From the NCBI GenBank assembly GCA_964016885.1, contig OZ024742.1, positions 364,684,001 through 364,748,000 on the forward strand: a DNA stretch of 64,000 nt, read 5' to 3'. How positions within the stretch are numbered: the stretch's first letter is position 1; the number at the start of each line of letters is the position of its first letter. Under the pieces are notes generated by a model. That model made no database searches and had not been told where the DNA came from. It saw only the letters and a list, made by a program, of their open reading frames with translations. This stretch comes from Eledone cirrhosa (lineage: Eukaryota). This document shows positions 44,293 through 57,670 of the stretch, piece after piece. Made by a program: the position numbers and the translations under genes.

Positions 44293-44723
44293 GTAGGAGG
44301 TGAGTTTTATTGTAGTACAATAAAGCAATGCAGATATCGGATAAGAAGCACTCTACAGTTTGTGGGACTGGAGTATGCATAATATAAGATCAAAAGATGG
44401 TTAAAGATGGTTAAAGGAGTTCAATATATTTTATTATGCGCATTTCAAAAACAAACATCATCAAACAATAATATTTGTGTTTTCATCAGATAAAACAGGA
44501 GAACATGATATGAAGGCTAAAAAAACACTTGTTGATAGTGCAGTTTTAAATCAACATATGTTGATTTAAAACTGCACTATCAACAAGTGTTTTTTTAGCC
44601 TTCATATCATGTTCTCCTGTTTTATCTGATGAAAACACAAATATTATTGTTTGATGATGTTTGTTTTTGAAATGCGCATAATAAAATATATTGAACTCCT
44701 TTAACCATCTTTTGATCTTATAT

Positions 44724-44724
<1 letters not shown>
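44291..44724. mobile_element. Family A copy 3: body-less 310-bp perfect palindrome with two hammerheads
   Basis: 44403-44712 is palindromic about CAT|ATG (44557/44558). Intact hammerheads at 44427-44497 (-) and 44618-44688 (+). Confidence 0.9.
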
Positions 44725-44817
<93 letters not shown>

Positions 44818-44996
44818 AAAGAATAGAGGTGTAACACACGAGTTATGATATATTGGTAAAAGGAAAAGAAAATTGTTCCCAGTGAAAAATAGTTTAATTA
44901 GGAATAAGTAAAAATTTACCCATTTGTCGAGGCTACCAAACGACTTAAAGATATTTACTTATTATTCCACAATGCTTCAAGCAAACTTCAATACTC

Positions 44997-45093
<97 letters not shown>

Positions 45094-45140
45094 TAAGTTA
45101 TTCCGGGTTGAATCGGAGATAACCACAGTAAGTGAGGTAC

Positions 45141-45182
<42 letters not shown>

Positions 45183-45490
45183 AAGATAATTAAATACATA
45201 CACATTCTTTCTCTGTGTATATACATATAGATGTATGAACAATTTCTTTTCATCTATAGCCTTAGATGTTTGTGATAGGTTATTGATTAGCAAGGTGATG
45301 AATACCTGACACCATATTTAAAACTGTTTTAAATCTCTGCAGCATTGCAGCAATACTTCATTGTAGCATTGTTGCATTCCCCGTCGCCACCTTACATTCT
45401 CTGGGCCATATCTAAAGTATTAACTTGTACATATTCGGCGGCTGCTAAGCGCTCAATTTTGTATACATATATATATATACTGACAGAACA

Positions 45491-45536
<46 letters not shown>

Positions 45537-45705
45537 TCATATATATATGTATATTGGAAAGGATAGATGTATAGATAGCTATAGATTAATGAATAAATGA
45601 CTAGATAGTTTGTTGCTCTACCATAAAAGAGCTGTTGTTGTACTGCTGACTAAGTTGTGAAATCTATGTAAGAGAGAGAGAGAGGAGGAGAAGGAGAGAA
45701 GAGGA

Positions 45706-45782
<77 letters not shown>

Positions 45783-46309
45783 TCTAAGATATCAACAAAT
45801 ACATCCTGAGATTACTAGTAAATTTTAACACAACATTTTTTGACTGACGCACGTGTTTTATTATCACGATACCTAGTGGTATTCCTTTGAGCCTTTCACG
45901 TGTTCCTTTCAAACTCGCTACGGCCAGCTGTAGCATTTATTGTGGTGGCATCCATACTTCATATGACAGCCAAGCGATATTCATTTATATAATACACTGT
46001 ACTCTCCTCCTTACAAAATGAAATGTAAACACCGACAGGATTTTTATTTTTAATACAAATATGAGTATTTGCCTGGTGGAGGACAATTGGGAGAGGATAC
46101 CTGTACTAGCAATCGGGAATGACCGTGGATGTTGTGGGTTTCCTCCATGATGGGTTCTTAGAGGTATCCTCTATTGTTCGATATTTTAATGTGTAGTTCA
46201 TTCGCTATTTTAACCATTTTTTTCACACGAACACATCCTGTAACCTCCTGTGCAGTCTCTTAATGGCGACTCGTGTGGCTAATAAACCAATCATCATTAT
46301 TAGTAATAG

Positions 46310-46442
46310 TATCATTGGTTTGGAAGTCTTGGCCCACATGATCTGCGGAATATTGTTACGGTCCTTACATTCGGAGTTTAAATTCCACCGAGGTTACCTT
46401 TGCCTTTAATTGTTACGGGGTCGATGATATAAAATAAAGTAC
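46310..46442 (+). mobile_element. 5' part of a diverged SINE, interrupted by PLE insertions
   Basis: Breaks at AAAATAAAGTAC. The expected continuation GTACCAGTT...TGGGGTCGAT appears at ~48106-48150. Confidence 0.65.
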
Positions 46443-47280
46443 GGATTGCCCCTTGCGTATGGCTTGGACTTAGTGATGGCTTTCCATTGAATGGAGTAGT
46501 TTATACTTGAGTCCTTGAGGGACCATACGTGCTCTTGCCGTAAGCCCGAAGCTTGTCCCGTTCAACAGCAATGCAAAACACCCGCTGTAGTTTATGAAGT
46601 TGTAGTCACTTCCGACCGACCAAATCAACCACAGGAGGTCAAATCCTATGTAGGTATGGCGGAGGGCCGATTTAAGGAACGCTTCCCGAACCACCATTCG
46701 ACCTTTAGGTATCCGGACAGACGTTCATCTACGAACCTCGCGAACCACGTATGGTCCCTCAAGGACTCAAGTATAGACTACTCCATTCAATGGAAAGCCA
46801 TCACTAAGTCCAAGCCATACGCAAGGGGAAATCCGTCGTGTGGACTATGTATTGATGAACGAATAAATATTCTAAAGAGATTACGCAATAGTGATTGCCT
46901 AAACTCAAGAATTGAATTCTTCACACGTTGTGCACACGTCTGGAAACAAGTCTTAATTAACTACAATTCTACAGATTGAATTACAACAACATCCTAAAAT
47001 TTCTTTTAAACTAGAAGCTTTCGGACTTTCGTGGTTATCTCCCTTACACCTCTCGCACGCAATTTAGTATTGCCTGAGTGAAGTAACCGTTTCTGCGCAT
47101 GCGTGTTCGTACGGTTGTCCTTCCTGTTCCGTATAACCATGTCCATTACGAGCTGAAGATCCGCTAAGGTGAAACAATTGTTCTCGGTATGGTGAACTAA
47201 CTGTTGTGTAACCACTTCTACCTAACTCGTCCTTTGGACTGATTGCTCTACCACTACGGACATTACCTTCCAGTGTCTAC

Positions 47281-47284
<4 letters not shown>
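46441..47284 (+). mobile_element. Naiad-type PLE 3' fragment with 5' inversion, GIY-YIG domain, 3' UTR and hammerhead
   Basis: CSCRKPEAC (CxCx5C), VVY...YVG, CGLC and LNSRIE..RCAH in ORF 46515-46979. 46441-46531 is the reverse complement of 46746-46836. Ends in (AT)n. Confidence 0.9.
47147..47189 (+). ncRNA. Minimal hammerhead ribozyme in the PLE 3' region
   Basis: CGAG-CTGAAGA-tCC(gctaa)GGt-GAAA-CAATTG-TT-CTCG. Confidence 0.8.
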
Positions 47285-47376
<92 letters not shown>

Positions 47377-47438
47377 GTGTGTGTATATATTTTATATATC
47401 ATATATATTATATATATATATTATACACACACATATAT

Positions 47439-47514
<76 letters not shown>

Positions 47515-47659
47515 GTAATTAGGAATATTCCAAAGCTTGGTAGAACAAGTTGTGAGGAAAGTTATCAACATACGTTAAGGTGACTCAACAGGTTGGTAGG
47601 GATTCTGTGGTGGAAACACGAACAAACGAGGAGTGTAATCAAAAAGAGAAATAGGTTGT

Positions 47660-48085
47660 CCGACTCAACCGAGCACCTGTACACTAGGTTTGAATGCAGA
47701 CATTCGTTATTCAATGGACAAGTCTCTGGAAGGTGGCAATTACAATTTCTGTTATGGACAGTGGTGGAGTTATAGGTGTGCTGGGATGTGTGTGTGAGTG
47801 TGTTTTGTGCATACTGTTTGTTAGTGGGTGGTTGTGTATTAGGTGTATTATTGTGTTGAGTGATTGGGGTGTTGTTGTTACGGAGTTTTTTGGCGTTGAG
47901 CATCTTAATGTGTGCGTCTAGGTTTGGTGCAGTGGAATAAGATAGTCTAATTGTTTTGGTATTGAGTATACTACTATATTTATGTGAATTTGGAAAGTGT
48001 TTTCTTATAATTTTGTAGAATGTGGAAGGTAACTTAGAGCTAATAGAAGAGTTAAAAATAGGATTATACCAAATGTAAGATCTAC
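47660..48085 (-). pseudogene. Naiad-type PLE fragment (RT thumb/linker/Zn finger)
   Basis: IWYNPIFN...IIRKHFPNSH, LNTKTIRLSYSTAPNL and CNCHLPETCPLNNECLHSNLVYRC, with frameshifts. Confidence 0.85.
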
Positions 48086-48174
48086 TCCGGAATATACAAA
48101 CTAATGTACCAGTTAAATTCTGGGGTCGATATTATTGACTTTCACCTCCCCAGCAATCATTATAGCTGTGACGA

Positions 48175-48545
48175 CAGTGGGTTGGTAGTATCGGTAGAGC
48201 TTCGGACAACATGCTTGGCAGACTAGAGATACGGCTGTTTAAGTTCTGATTTCAAATCCTACCAAAGTACCAGTAACGTCCTGGAGTTGATATAATCCAC
48301 TTTTCTATTCCCCAAAATGGTTGCCTTATTCCCAAATCAGAAGCTAAAAGTGTGGTGGATTGGCAGTATCGGTAGAGGGTCAGACACCATGCTTTGCAAC
48401 AGAGAATTACGGCCCTTTATGATCTGAGTTCAAATTCCGCCGATGTTAACTTTGCCTTTCATCCTTACGGGGTCGATAACATAAAGTACCAGTAATACAC
48501 TGGGATAATTGCTGGCCTTGTGCCAAAAGTCGAAACAATTATTAT
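48175..48545 (+). mobile_element. Two adjacent SINEs (diverged 48175-48345; intact S1 48352-48545)
   Basis: Two GGTAGAG...TTCAAAT heads. The second matches the S1 consensus end to end. Confidence 0.85.
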
Positions 48546-48848
48546 TTAATGTCCTTTTGGCAAAGAAAACAAATATATTTCATGTTGTTGTTGCTTTTGA
48601 TGGAGGTGGGGGAGGGAATGGGGTGGGGTGATGGTGGTGGTTGAAGGAGAGGATGAAGGGTGATGGTGGTGAGGGATGATGGTGATGGAAGGTGGTTTAT
48701 GTTGGTGGTGGAGGGTGGTGGAGGTGGTGGAGGGTGGTGGAGGATGGTGGAGGTAGAGGATGGTGGAGGTGGAGGATGGTGTAGCTGGTGGAGGGTGGTG
48801 GGGAATGGTGGAGATGGTGGTATGATAATTAGATAAGCAGTAGATTAC

Positions 48849-48986
48849 ATTGCCACGTTTTCATATAAAATGTGTCAATGTGTCTTTCATCTTTCTCCAA
48901 TCGATACGATAAGCTGCACTGATGTATCAGAGTTTTACTTAATCGACTCTCATAACTTTTTATTTTGTTCTCATAAATACATATGT
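48849..48986 (-). CDS. Candidate symmetric (phase 1-1) 138-nt exon (DICIYENKIKSYESRLSKTLIHQCSLSYRLEKDERHIDTFYMKTWQ)
   Basis: Acceptor TTTCTCCATTTGACACAG, open frame and donor-like CAAT|GTAATC. No recognisable domain. Confidence 0.3.
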
Positions 48987-49049
48987 CTGTGTCAAATGGA
49001 GAAACCGTTATTTGCTCTGTTGTTTTCTTGCTATTGTTATGTCTACTGA

Positions 49050-49265
49050 AGGGCAGTGGATTGGTAGTATCTGTAGAGTCAGGGACCATGTTTGCAGCAT
49101 AGAGTTACGATCCTTTACTGTCTGAGTTCAAATCCCACCGAGGTAAACTTTGCCTTTCATCCTTACGGGGTCGATAAAATAAAGCACCCTTAACCTACTG
49201 GGGTCGATTTAATCGACTTTCCCCTCTCCCCAAATTACTGGCCTTGTGCCTATACTAAAAATCAT
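49050..49265 (+). mobile_element. SINE S1-related (longer tail variant)
   Basis: S1 head and core plus TGGGGTCGATTTAATCGACTTTCCCC...GGCCTTGTGCC. Confidence 0.88.
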
Positions 49266-49829
49266 TGTTATGTTTACTGAACACAATATACATCTCGGTC
49301 CAAGCACTGAATCCGTGACTATATTATCATGAGTCCTACTCCGTAACCAACATGCCACGTCTTTTCACCGTACATAATGTTTTACTGGGATAGAAGACAA
49401 ACTTCTAGTAACGAAAGCCTAGTAGACCAATTATAATTATTATCATCATCTAACGACTCTCGACAAAGCTCACGTGAGACTCAAAATTCAGTTTTGTTGT
49501 CACATCAGCGATGTTGCTGTTGTTGCTGATACTGCCATAGGTGGTAACAAGATAGATATGACACTCCGCTAATAGGTTTAAATCACGTTCTAACATTCTC
49601 CAACCACCTAACCCTAAACACACTGTTTTCATCCTATATACCTCTATAAATTGTCTCCTGATACTCTCACCTTGATGGCCTTATTTCTCAACTACTCCAG
49701 AGACCCAGGTCTCATCATTCATACACAAGTTCAACCCCCAAAATAACTTACGCCCTACCCACTACAGCTACACCTTCCTACCCAGAATGTGAGCCTTGTG
49801 AAAATCTCTCCTTGATCCCCCCCCCCCAA

Positions 49830-50314
49830 TCTAAACTATAATAAAGTATGGAGTGCGGGACTGCGTGCAGAATATATTTTTTTATCCCGTTTGTAAAATA
49901 AGTTGGATTACGTTGAATAAATAATGAATGAATATTACATAATCTATCTACTAAATTTCAATTTTCTTGATGAATATAAATAATTTTGTGGCTTATTTTA
50001 AGATTCACTTCTTTAACATTTTCAAATGTCAACACTTCCGGTTAACGATCGCTTAAATAAACATTCATATATTTCCGTCACTAATTATCTCCTAATGTAG
50101 TTTATTTATAATATCGTCTTTTTTAATGTATCATGGATTACGTTGCTGATTACATAAGACAGTGTAACGCAGTCTTCGTTCAATTTCTGTTTATATCGTC
50201 AATTACCATTTTATTTGATGTATCATATCCACATGTATATATACTTGCGTATAATATCAATATACACACTACACATGGTAGCAGAAAAACACCAGAAGAA
50301 GGGTTTTCTGCTAG
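49830..50314 (+). mobile_element. Non-autonomous Helitron, copy 1
   Basis: A|TCTAAACTATAATAAAG ... subterminal hairpin ... CTAG|T, with no TSD. Homologous to 61603-62486. Confidence 0.82.
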
Positions 50315-50430
50315 TAATGTATGAAGAACATCAATGACATCGATATCACAGAGAGAACCAATGAAGAGGCCGAGTTCTGCCCCTTACTGCAAATCTACAA
50401 AAGACAATATTAAACTTTCCACCATCTGAC

Positions 50431-50466
<36 letters not shown>

Positions 50467-50950
50467 TACCATCACCCTCACCGTCATAATCATTACCATC
50501 ATTACCATCGCCATCATCACTATCATCATTACCATCATCATAATTACTATCACCATCATCATCATTACCATCACCATCATTACCATCATCATCATCATCA
50601 CCTTAACGATTATACTATAGAATATTCCAAGACTTGTAATAAATATCAAGATTATGTTGAAATGTTAAGTGTAGATATGTGTGCGTGTCCATGTTTGTGA
50701 TTAGGTTTAGTGGTTTATGACTAATAACTTAGTTCTTCGATGAAATGAGATCGATAAAATAATTACCGGATTTGAAAGCATATGTACAAATCCCTTTAAT
50801 GGTGAGCATCATCATAGCCGCGGTCTCATGAGAGAAACAATTAATATAACAACATATTATTTGGCGGTACTCTACGACAATGTAACTGGATCTAAGTGTA
50901 GACAGATAATACTCCGTTTACATATCTGTACGATAGGAATGTGTGTGTGT

Positions 50951-51397
50951 GTGACAGCTCACACGTATGCAGGTTTAGCTGGCCTCCTCCAAGGTATATC
51001 TCGTTAGAGGTGTCTTGGGTGATTTAACGATAGGGACCCCAGACCTATCATGTGACAGCTCACACGTATGCAGGTTTAGCTGGCCTCCTCCAAGGTATAT
51101 CTCGTTAGAGGTGTCTTGGGTGATTTAACGATAGGGACCCCAGACCTATCATGTGACAGCTCACACCTATGCAGGTTTAGCTGGCCTCCTCCAAGGTATA
51201 TCTCGTTAGGGGTATCTTGGGTGATTTAACGATAGGGAGCCCAGACCTATCATCTCATTTCTACAGCTGAGTAAACTGGAGCAATGTGAAATAAAGTGTC
51301 TTGTTCAAGGAAACAACACACCACTTGGTCCGAGAATTAAACTCACAACCTTTCGATTGCAAGCCCAATGCTCTAACTACTAAGCCATGCGCCTTCA
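50951..51397 (-). mobile_element. tRNA-derived CORE-like SINE with a triplicated 101-bp 3' segment
   Basis: Minus-strand head GGCGCATGGCTTAGTAGTTAGAGC, then CCTTGAACAAGACACTTTATTTCACATTGCTCCAGTTTACTCAGCTG. 101-bp units start at 50951, 51052 and 51153. Confidence 0.8.
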
Positions 51398-51529
51398 AAA
51401 TATAGGAATGGATCTCCGTCAGTTTCAGTAATGCGCCTCCCAGATGTTCGTTCGACGAAACATCTTGCTCTTGTGATGGTTGTCATGGTGAGGAGTCTAC
51501 AGACATTTGTACTCTTTATATAATTCTCC

Positions 51530-51790
51530 CATAGATCTACCTTGACAGGTAAGACAGAGATCTACCTTGGCAGGTGAGAGAGATAGATCTACCATCACAG
51601 GTGAGACAGATCTACCATGACAAGTGAGACAGAATAACATGACAGATGAGACAGATAGATCTACCATCACAGGTGTGACAGATATACAATCACAGATGAG
51701 ACACAGAGATCTACCATCACAGGTGAGACAGATCAACCATCACAGATGAGAGATAGAGAGAGATCTACCATCACAGATGAGACAGATAAT
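51530..51790. repeat. Degenerate ~24-30-bp minisatellite (AGATCTACCATCACAGGTGAGAC)
   Basis: About 9 imperfect copies. Confidence 0.8.
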
Positions 51791-51954
51791 TACAGATATA
51801 ACCCATCAAAGAGGTTCCCATAATATTTCTGTTAAACCAATTTCACTCATAAAGCATTTATTTTTAGGTGTATATATGTCTATCTGTGAGTGTATGTATG
51901 TGCAAGTATGTTTATGTATGTGTAGGTATGTGTGTGTGTGTATGTTTGTATATG

Positions 51955-53885
51955 TGTGTCTCTACCTGTCCATGTGTCTTTACCTGTCCATGTGTCTTTA
52001 CCTGTCCCTGTGTCCCTACCTGTCCCTGTGACCCTACCTGTCCCTGTGTACCTATCTGTCCCTGTGTCCCTACCTGTCCACGTGTCCCTACCTGTCCCTG
52101 TGTCCCTACCTGTCCATGTGCCCCTACCTATCCATGTGTCGCTACCTGTCCATGTGTCGCTACCTGTCCATGTGTCCCCACCTATCCATGTGTCTCTAAC
52201 TGTCCATGTCTCCCTACCTTTCCCTGTGTCCCTACCTGTCCATTTGTCCCTAACTGTCCATGTGTCCCTACCTGTCAATGTGTCCCTACCTGTCCATGTG
52301 TCCCTACCTGTCCCTGTGTCCCTACCTATCCATGTGTCCCTACCTGTCCATGTGTCCCTACCTGTCCATGTGTCCCTACCTGTCACTGTGTCCCTACCTG
52401 TCCATGTGTCCCTACCTATCCATGTTTCCTTACCTGTCCATGTGTCCCTACCTGTCCCTGTGTCCCTACCTGTCCCTGTGTCCCTACCTATCCATGTGTC
52501 CCTACCTGTCCATACCTGTCCATGTGTCCCCACCTGTCCATTTGTCTCTACCTGTCCATGTCTCCCTATCTGTCCCTGTGTCCCTACCAGTCCATCTGTC
52601 CCTACCTATCCATGTGTCCCTACCTATCCATGTGCCCCTACCTGTCCATGTGTCCCTACCTGTCCCTGTGTCCCTACCTATCCATGTGTCCCTACCTGTC
52701 CATGTGTCCCTACCTGTCCATGTGTCCCTACCTGTCACTGTGTCCCTACCTGTCCATGTGTCCCTACCTATCCATGTTTCCTTACCTGTCCATGTGTCCC
52801 TACCTGTCCCTGTGTCCCTACCTGTCCCTGTGTCCCTACCTATCCATGTGTCCCTACCTGTCCATACCTGTCCATGTGTCCCCACCTGTCCCTGTGTCTC
52901 TACCTGTCCATGTCTCCCTATCTGTCCCTGTGTCCCTACCAGTCCATCTGTCCCTACCTATCCATGTGTCCCTACCTATCCATGTGCCCCTACCTGTCCA
53001 TGTGTCCCTACCTGTCCCTGTGTCCCTACCTGTTCATGTGTCCCTAACTGTCCCTGTGTCTCTACCTGTCCCTGTGTCCCTACCTGTCCATGTGTCCCTA
53101 TCTATCCATGTGTCCCTACCTGTCCATGTGTCCCTACCTGTCCATGTGTCTCTACATGTCCCTGTGTCCCTATCTGTCCATCTGTCCCTACCTGTCCCTG
53201 TGTCCGTAGCTGCCCATGTGTCACTACCTGTCCGTGTGTCCCTACCTATCCAGGTGTTCCTAGCTGTCCCTGTGTCCCTATCTGTCCATGTGTTCCTACC
53301 TGTCCATGTGTCCCTACCTGTCCCTGTGTCCCTATATGTCCCTGTATCTCTACCTGTCCCTGTGTCTCTACCTATCCATGTGTCCCTACCTGTCCCTGTG
53401 TCCCTACCTGTCCCTGTGTCTCTACCTGTCCATGTGTCCCTACCTATCCATGTGTCCCTATCTGTCCATGTGTTCCTACCTGTCCATGTGTCCCTACCTG
53501 TCCCTGTGTCCCTATATGTCCCTGTATCTCTACCTGTCCCTGTGTCTCTACCTATCCATGTGTCCCTACCTGTCCCTGTGTCCCTACCTGTCCCTGTGTC
53601 TCTACCTGTCCATGTGTCCCTACCTGTCCCTGTGTCCCTATCTGTCCATGTGTTCCTACCTGTCCATGTGTCCCTACCTGTCCCTGTGTCCCTATATGTC
53701 CCTGTGTCCCCACCTGTCCCTGTGTCCCTACCTGTCCCTGTGTCTCTACCTGTCCCTGTGTCTCTACCTGTCCCTGTGTCCCTACCTGTTCCTGTGTCCC
53801 TACCTGTCCCTGTGTCCCTACCTGTCCCTGTGTCCCTATCTGTCCTGTGTCTCTACATATCCCTGTGTCCCTACCTGTCCCTGTC
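51955..53885. repeat. 18-bp minisatellite (CCTACCTGTCC(A/C)TGTGTC)
   Basis: ~105 units. The unit is stop-free in all plus frames, giving CVPTCP / VSLPVH / CPYLSM pseudo-ORFs. Confidence 0.96.
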
Positions 53886-53967
53886 GACTCAGGGCTATGC
53901 TAATTGATGATGTATCTGTGTATATATATATATATATCAACTAATCTCTCTCTCTCACTCTCTCTCT

Positions 53968-54023
<56 letters not shown>

Positions 54024-54202
54024 TGTTCAAGAGTAACCAATCTTAAAGAGAGAAATGGAGATAGGAGAGGAGATATGGGAGGAAAGATTGGTGAGTTAGT
54101 TAGAAGCCAAAGCGTAAAGACATGTGCTCAATGTGCAATATGCAGTAGAAAGCAGCTAGGTGGCTGGGTTCATGCAGAGGTTTGGTGCGCAGAGCTGGAA
54201 AT

Positions 54203-54827
54203 ATTCATTAGTTAAGCAAAACAAAACCACAAATTTCACAAGGAAGATATTATTAAAAGATTGTCAACATATTTAGTTTGATGTAAGGAATGTAGAGAAT
54301 AATAATAATAATAATATTAATAATAATAATAATGCCCGTTTACAATTGTTTCGCTACTCCGTATAATATTTCTGGATCAGATGACTATGTATCATAATTG
54401 ATCTGGTTCAGTTGAAAATAATTAACATATTTAAAAAAAAACAGAGTGGCTCATCGGAACTCAAAGGAATATAAATTAAAATAATGTTACATAATATAAT
54501 GTTCCATATATTAGTTTTTACTATGGTACCATAATCAAGCAGTACTCATCTGTCGAGGCTACATTGTGTGAGATCTGCCTATGGGTAACAAGATGGTGTT
54601 TTTTTTAAATATGTTAATTATTATCAACTGAACCAGATCAATTATGATACATAGTCATCTGATCCAGAAATATTATACGGAGTAGCGAAACAATTGTAAA
54701 CGGGCATTATTATTATTATTAATATTATTATTATTATTCTCTACATTCCTTACATCAAACTAAATATGTTGACAACTTTTAATAATGTCTTCCTTGTGAA
54801 ATTTGTGGTTTTGTTTTGCTTAACTAA

Positions 54828-54832
<5 letters not shown>
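54203..54832 (-). mobile_element. Fold-back element (family G), ~235-bp inverted arms, with hammerhead
   Basis: 54203-54441 vs 54599-54832. Minus-strand GTT-CCGATGA-GCcACTCTG(~80 nt)CGGAGTaGC-GAAA-CAATTG-TA-AAC at 54338-54460. Confidence 0.8.
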
Positions 54833-54910
<78 letters not shown>

Positions 54911-54974
54911 ATACATATATATATATATATGTACATTTATATACATATATATATATATATACATATATATACAC

Positions 54975-55085
<111 letters not shown>

Positions 55086-55112
55086 TATATACATATATAC
55101 ATATATATACAT

Positions 55113-56316
55113 ATGTAGGAGGTGAGTTTTATTGTATTACAATAAAGCAATGCAGATATCGGATAAGAAGCACTCTACAGTTTGTAGGAGTGGAGTATAC
55201 ATAATATATAAGATCAAAAGATGGTTAAAAGAGTTCCATGTATTTTATTATGCGCATTTCAATACTTTATCAATTTAGAATCCTTTTCTCAAAGGCACAT
55301 ATATATATATATACTTGTTTAAAAATATACCCATCTTTCTACCTTATTTCAAAGTTATTTATTATACATTATATAATACTTGTTACTCATTCTATATCAC
55401 TCCTATTTATCACTTACCTTTCTTCCTTTTCCTTTTCTTTTCTTTTTCTTTTAATTTCTAACCCCTAATCTGTACCTTTTCTCACTGTGCCTAACTTAGA
55501 AACAATTATTACACAATACAATATATTCTTACTTTATATCACCTTGAAAAAATCCTTCGTAAACATAAACACATTCTGTTGACGTTAGATTATTCATCCT
55601 CAATTCATTATTTTTTCTCCCTTTCATCTAACTTATTCATGCTCATCTCACAATATATCCTTACTTACATTACATTTGTTTTTTTAATAATACATATCAA
55701 CATTTTCTTTCCATCGCACATATTATTAAACCCTTAAATATTATTCTTAATACATATTAACATTTTCTTTCCATCGCACATATTATTAAACCCTTAAATA
55801 TTATTCTTAATACATATTAACATTTTCTTTTCATCGCACATATTATTAAACCCTTCAATATACAAACCTTAACTTTACATTATTTTTCTCTTCGTTAATT
55901 TTCAAATTCTTTTAATTTATACATTATCTTCCAACGGTTTTTCAACCTCTCTATGTAAAACAATATATTTTTCTCAGTTATAAAAGCTATCTCTCTCTCT
56001 CTATCACCCATCTCTCCTCCTATCTCATCCTTCCTCATTATACTCCTCCGCCTCCACTTTTTACTCTCATCTCCTCCTCTTTTTCATCCTTTCCACCCCA
56101 CCCCCCTCAAAAAATGTTTTTCTCAATATCACACATCAATCTAAAACTACTTTTCATATGTTGATTTAAAACTGAACTATCCACAAGTGTTTTTTAACCT
56201 TCATATCATGTCCTATTTTATCTGATGAAAACACAAATATTATTGCATGATGATATTTGTTTTTGAAATGCGCATAATAAAATACATGGAACTCTTTTAA
56301 CCATCTTTTGATCTTA
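55113..56316 (+). mobile_element. Family A copy 4
   Basis: Same TGTAGGAGGTGAG extension and inverted ends as copies 1-3, an internal 60-bp triplication at ~55690-55860, and (AT)n flanks. Confidence 0.87.
56214..56284 (+). ncRNA. Hammerhead ribozyme (family A), intact
   Basis: TATTTTAT-CTGATGA-AAACACAAATATTATT(gcat)GATGATATTTGTTTTT-GAAA-TGCGCA-TA-ATAAAATA. Confidence 0.9.
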
Positions 56317-56321
56317 TATAT

Positions 56322-56423
<102 letters not shown>

Positions 56424-56454
56424 TATACATATATATATATATATATACATATAT

Positions 56455-56598
<144 letters not shown>

Positions 56599-56645
56599 AT
56601 ACATATATATATATACATATATACACATATATATGTGTGTGTGTC

Positions 56646-56882
56646 CATTCGTGAGTGAATAATAATGATATTATTAGTAATCGATTCGTTTGCAAGCAAA
56701 CAGCTTCATAAGTCCATGTGTTATAGACGACGTTCTCCCTTTATTCCCGCAGTAGATTGCTTCACTCTGTTACCACTGGAACAAATGCTGTTAGTCGTCT
56801 ACAACACATGGCCTATTGAGGAGGCTGATTGCTTGCAAACGAATCGTTTATTTATAATATTATCATTATTCACTCACGAATG
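56646..56882. repeat. ~85-bp diverged inverted repeat between microsatellites
   Basis: CATTCGTGAGTGAATAAT...AGACGAC is inverted at ~56795-56882. Confidence 0.85.
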
Positions 56883-56965
56883 TATTTACGTATCCGCTAT
56901 GTTAGAGCAATCATACACACACACCCACATACACGCACACACACCCACCCACACACACGCACACA

Positions 56966-57072
<107 letters not shown>

Positions 57073-57074
57073 GT

Positions 57075-57105
<31 letters not shown>

Positions 57106-57232
57106 ACCAACAGTCAAAACCTATACTAAATATAAATATCTGTACCGACATTCAAGACCTACATTATATATAAACAGTTATTCCATCATACAACATCATC
57201 ATTCTATATAAATATGTATATCATCATACAAC

Positions 57233-57362
57233 ACCTACACTCTATATAAATATTTATACTGACTTTCAGCACCTACACTCTATATAAATATTTATACTGA
57301 CTTTCAGCACCTACACTCTATATAAATATTTATACTGACATTCAGCACCTACACTCTATATA
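57233..57362. repeat. 38-bp tandem repeat (~3.5 copies)
   Basis: ACCTACACTCTATATAAATATTTATACTGACTTTCAGC. Confidence 0.9.
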
Positions 57363-57524
57363 CTAAATGCTAAATAGTGATAGAAGTAACGAGTTCGTAG
57401 AATGGGTGAATGTTTTAAAAGCTTACTTTGGCAAAATAAGGATTCAATCGCACATTAAAAACTTTCAGATTAGCTACATAAATAAATATCTCGTTAATGT
57501 AAAACTATAAAAGCTAATAACAGT

Positions 57525-57670
57525 CTTTCTGAGTTCAAATCCTACCACGGTCAATTTCACGTTTCATCCTTTCGGGGCCGACGAAATATAGTACCAGTTA
57601 AATACTGAGGTCTGTATAATTAAATTTCCTTCCGTCAAAATTGCTGGCCCAGAGTCTACATTAGTAATCC
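57525..57670 (+). mobile_element. Diverged SINE fragment
   Basis: CTGAGTTCAAATCC...TTTCATCCTTTCGGGG...AGTACCAGT. Confidence 0.75.

Noticed and set aside
46515-46979. Selenoprotein-type Naiad (UGA at conserved Cys)
   Set aside because: Conserved cysteines in the three Naiad fragments are TGC/TGT; no in-frame UGA is seen at those sites.
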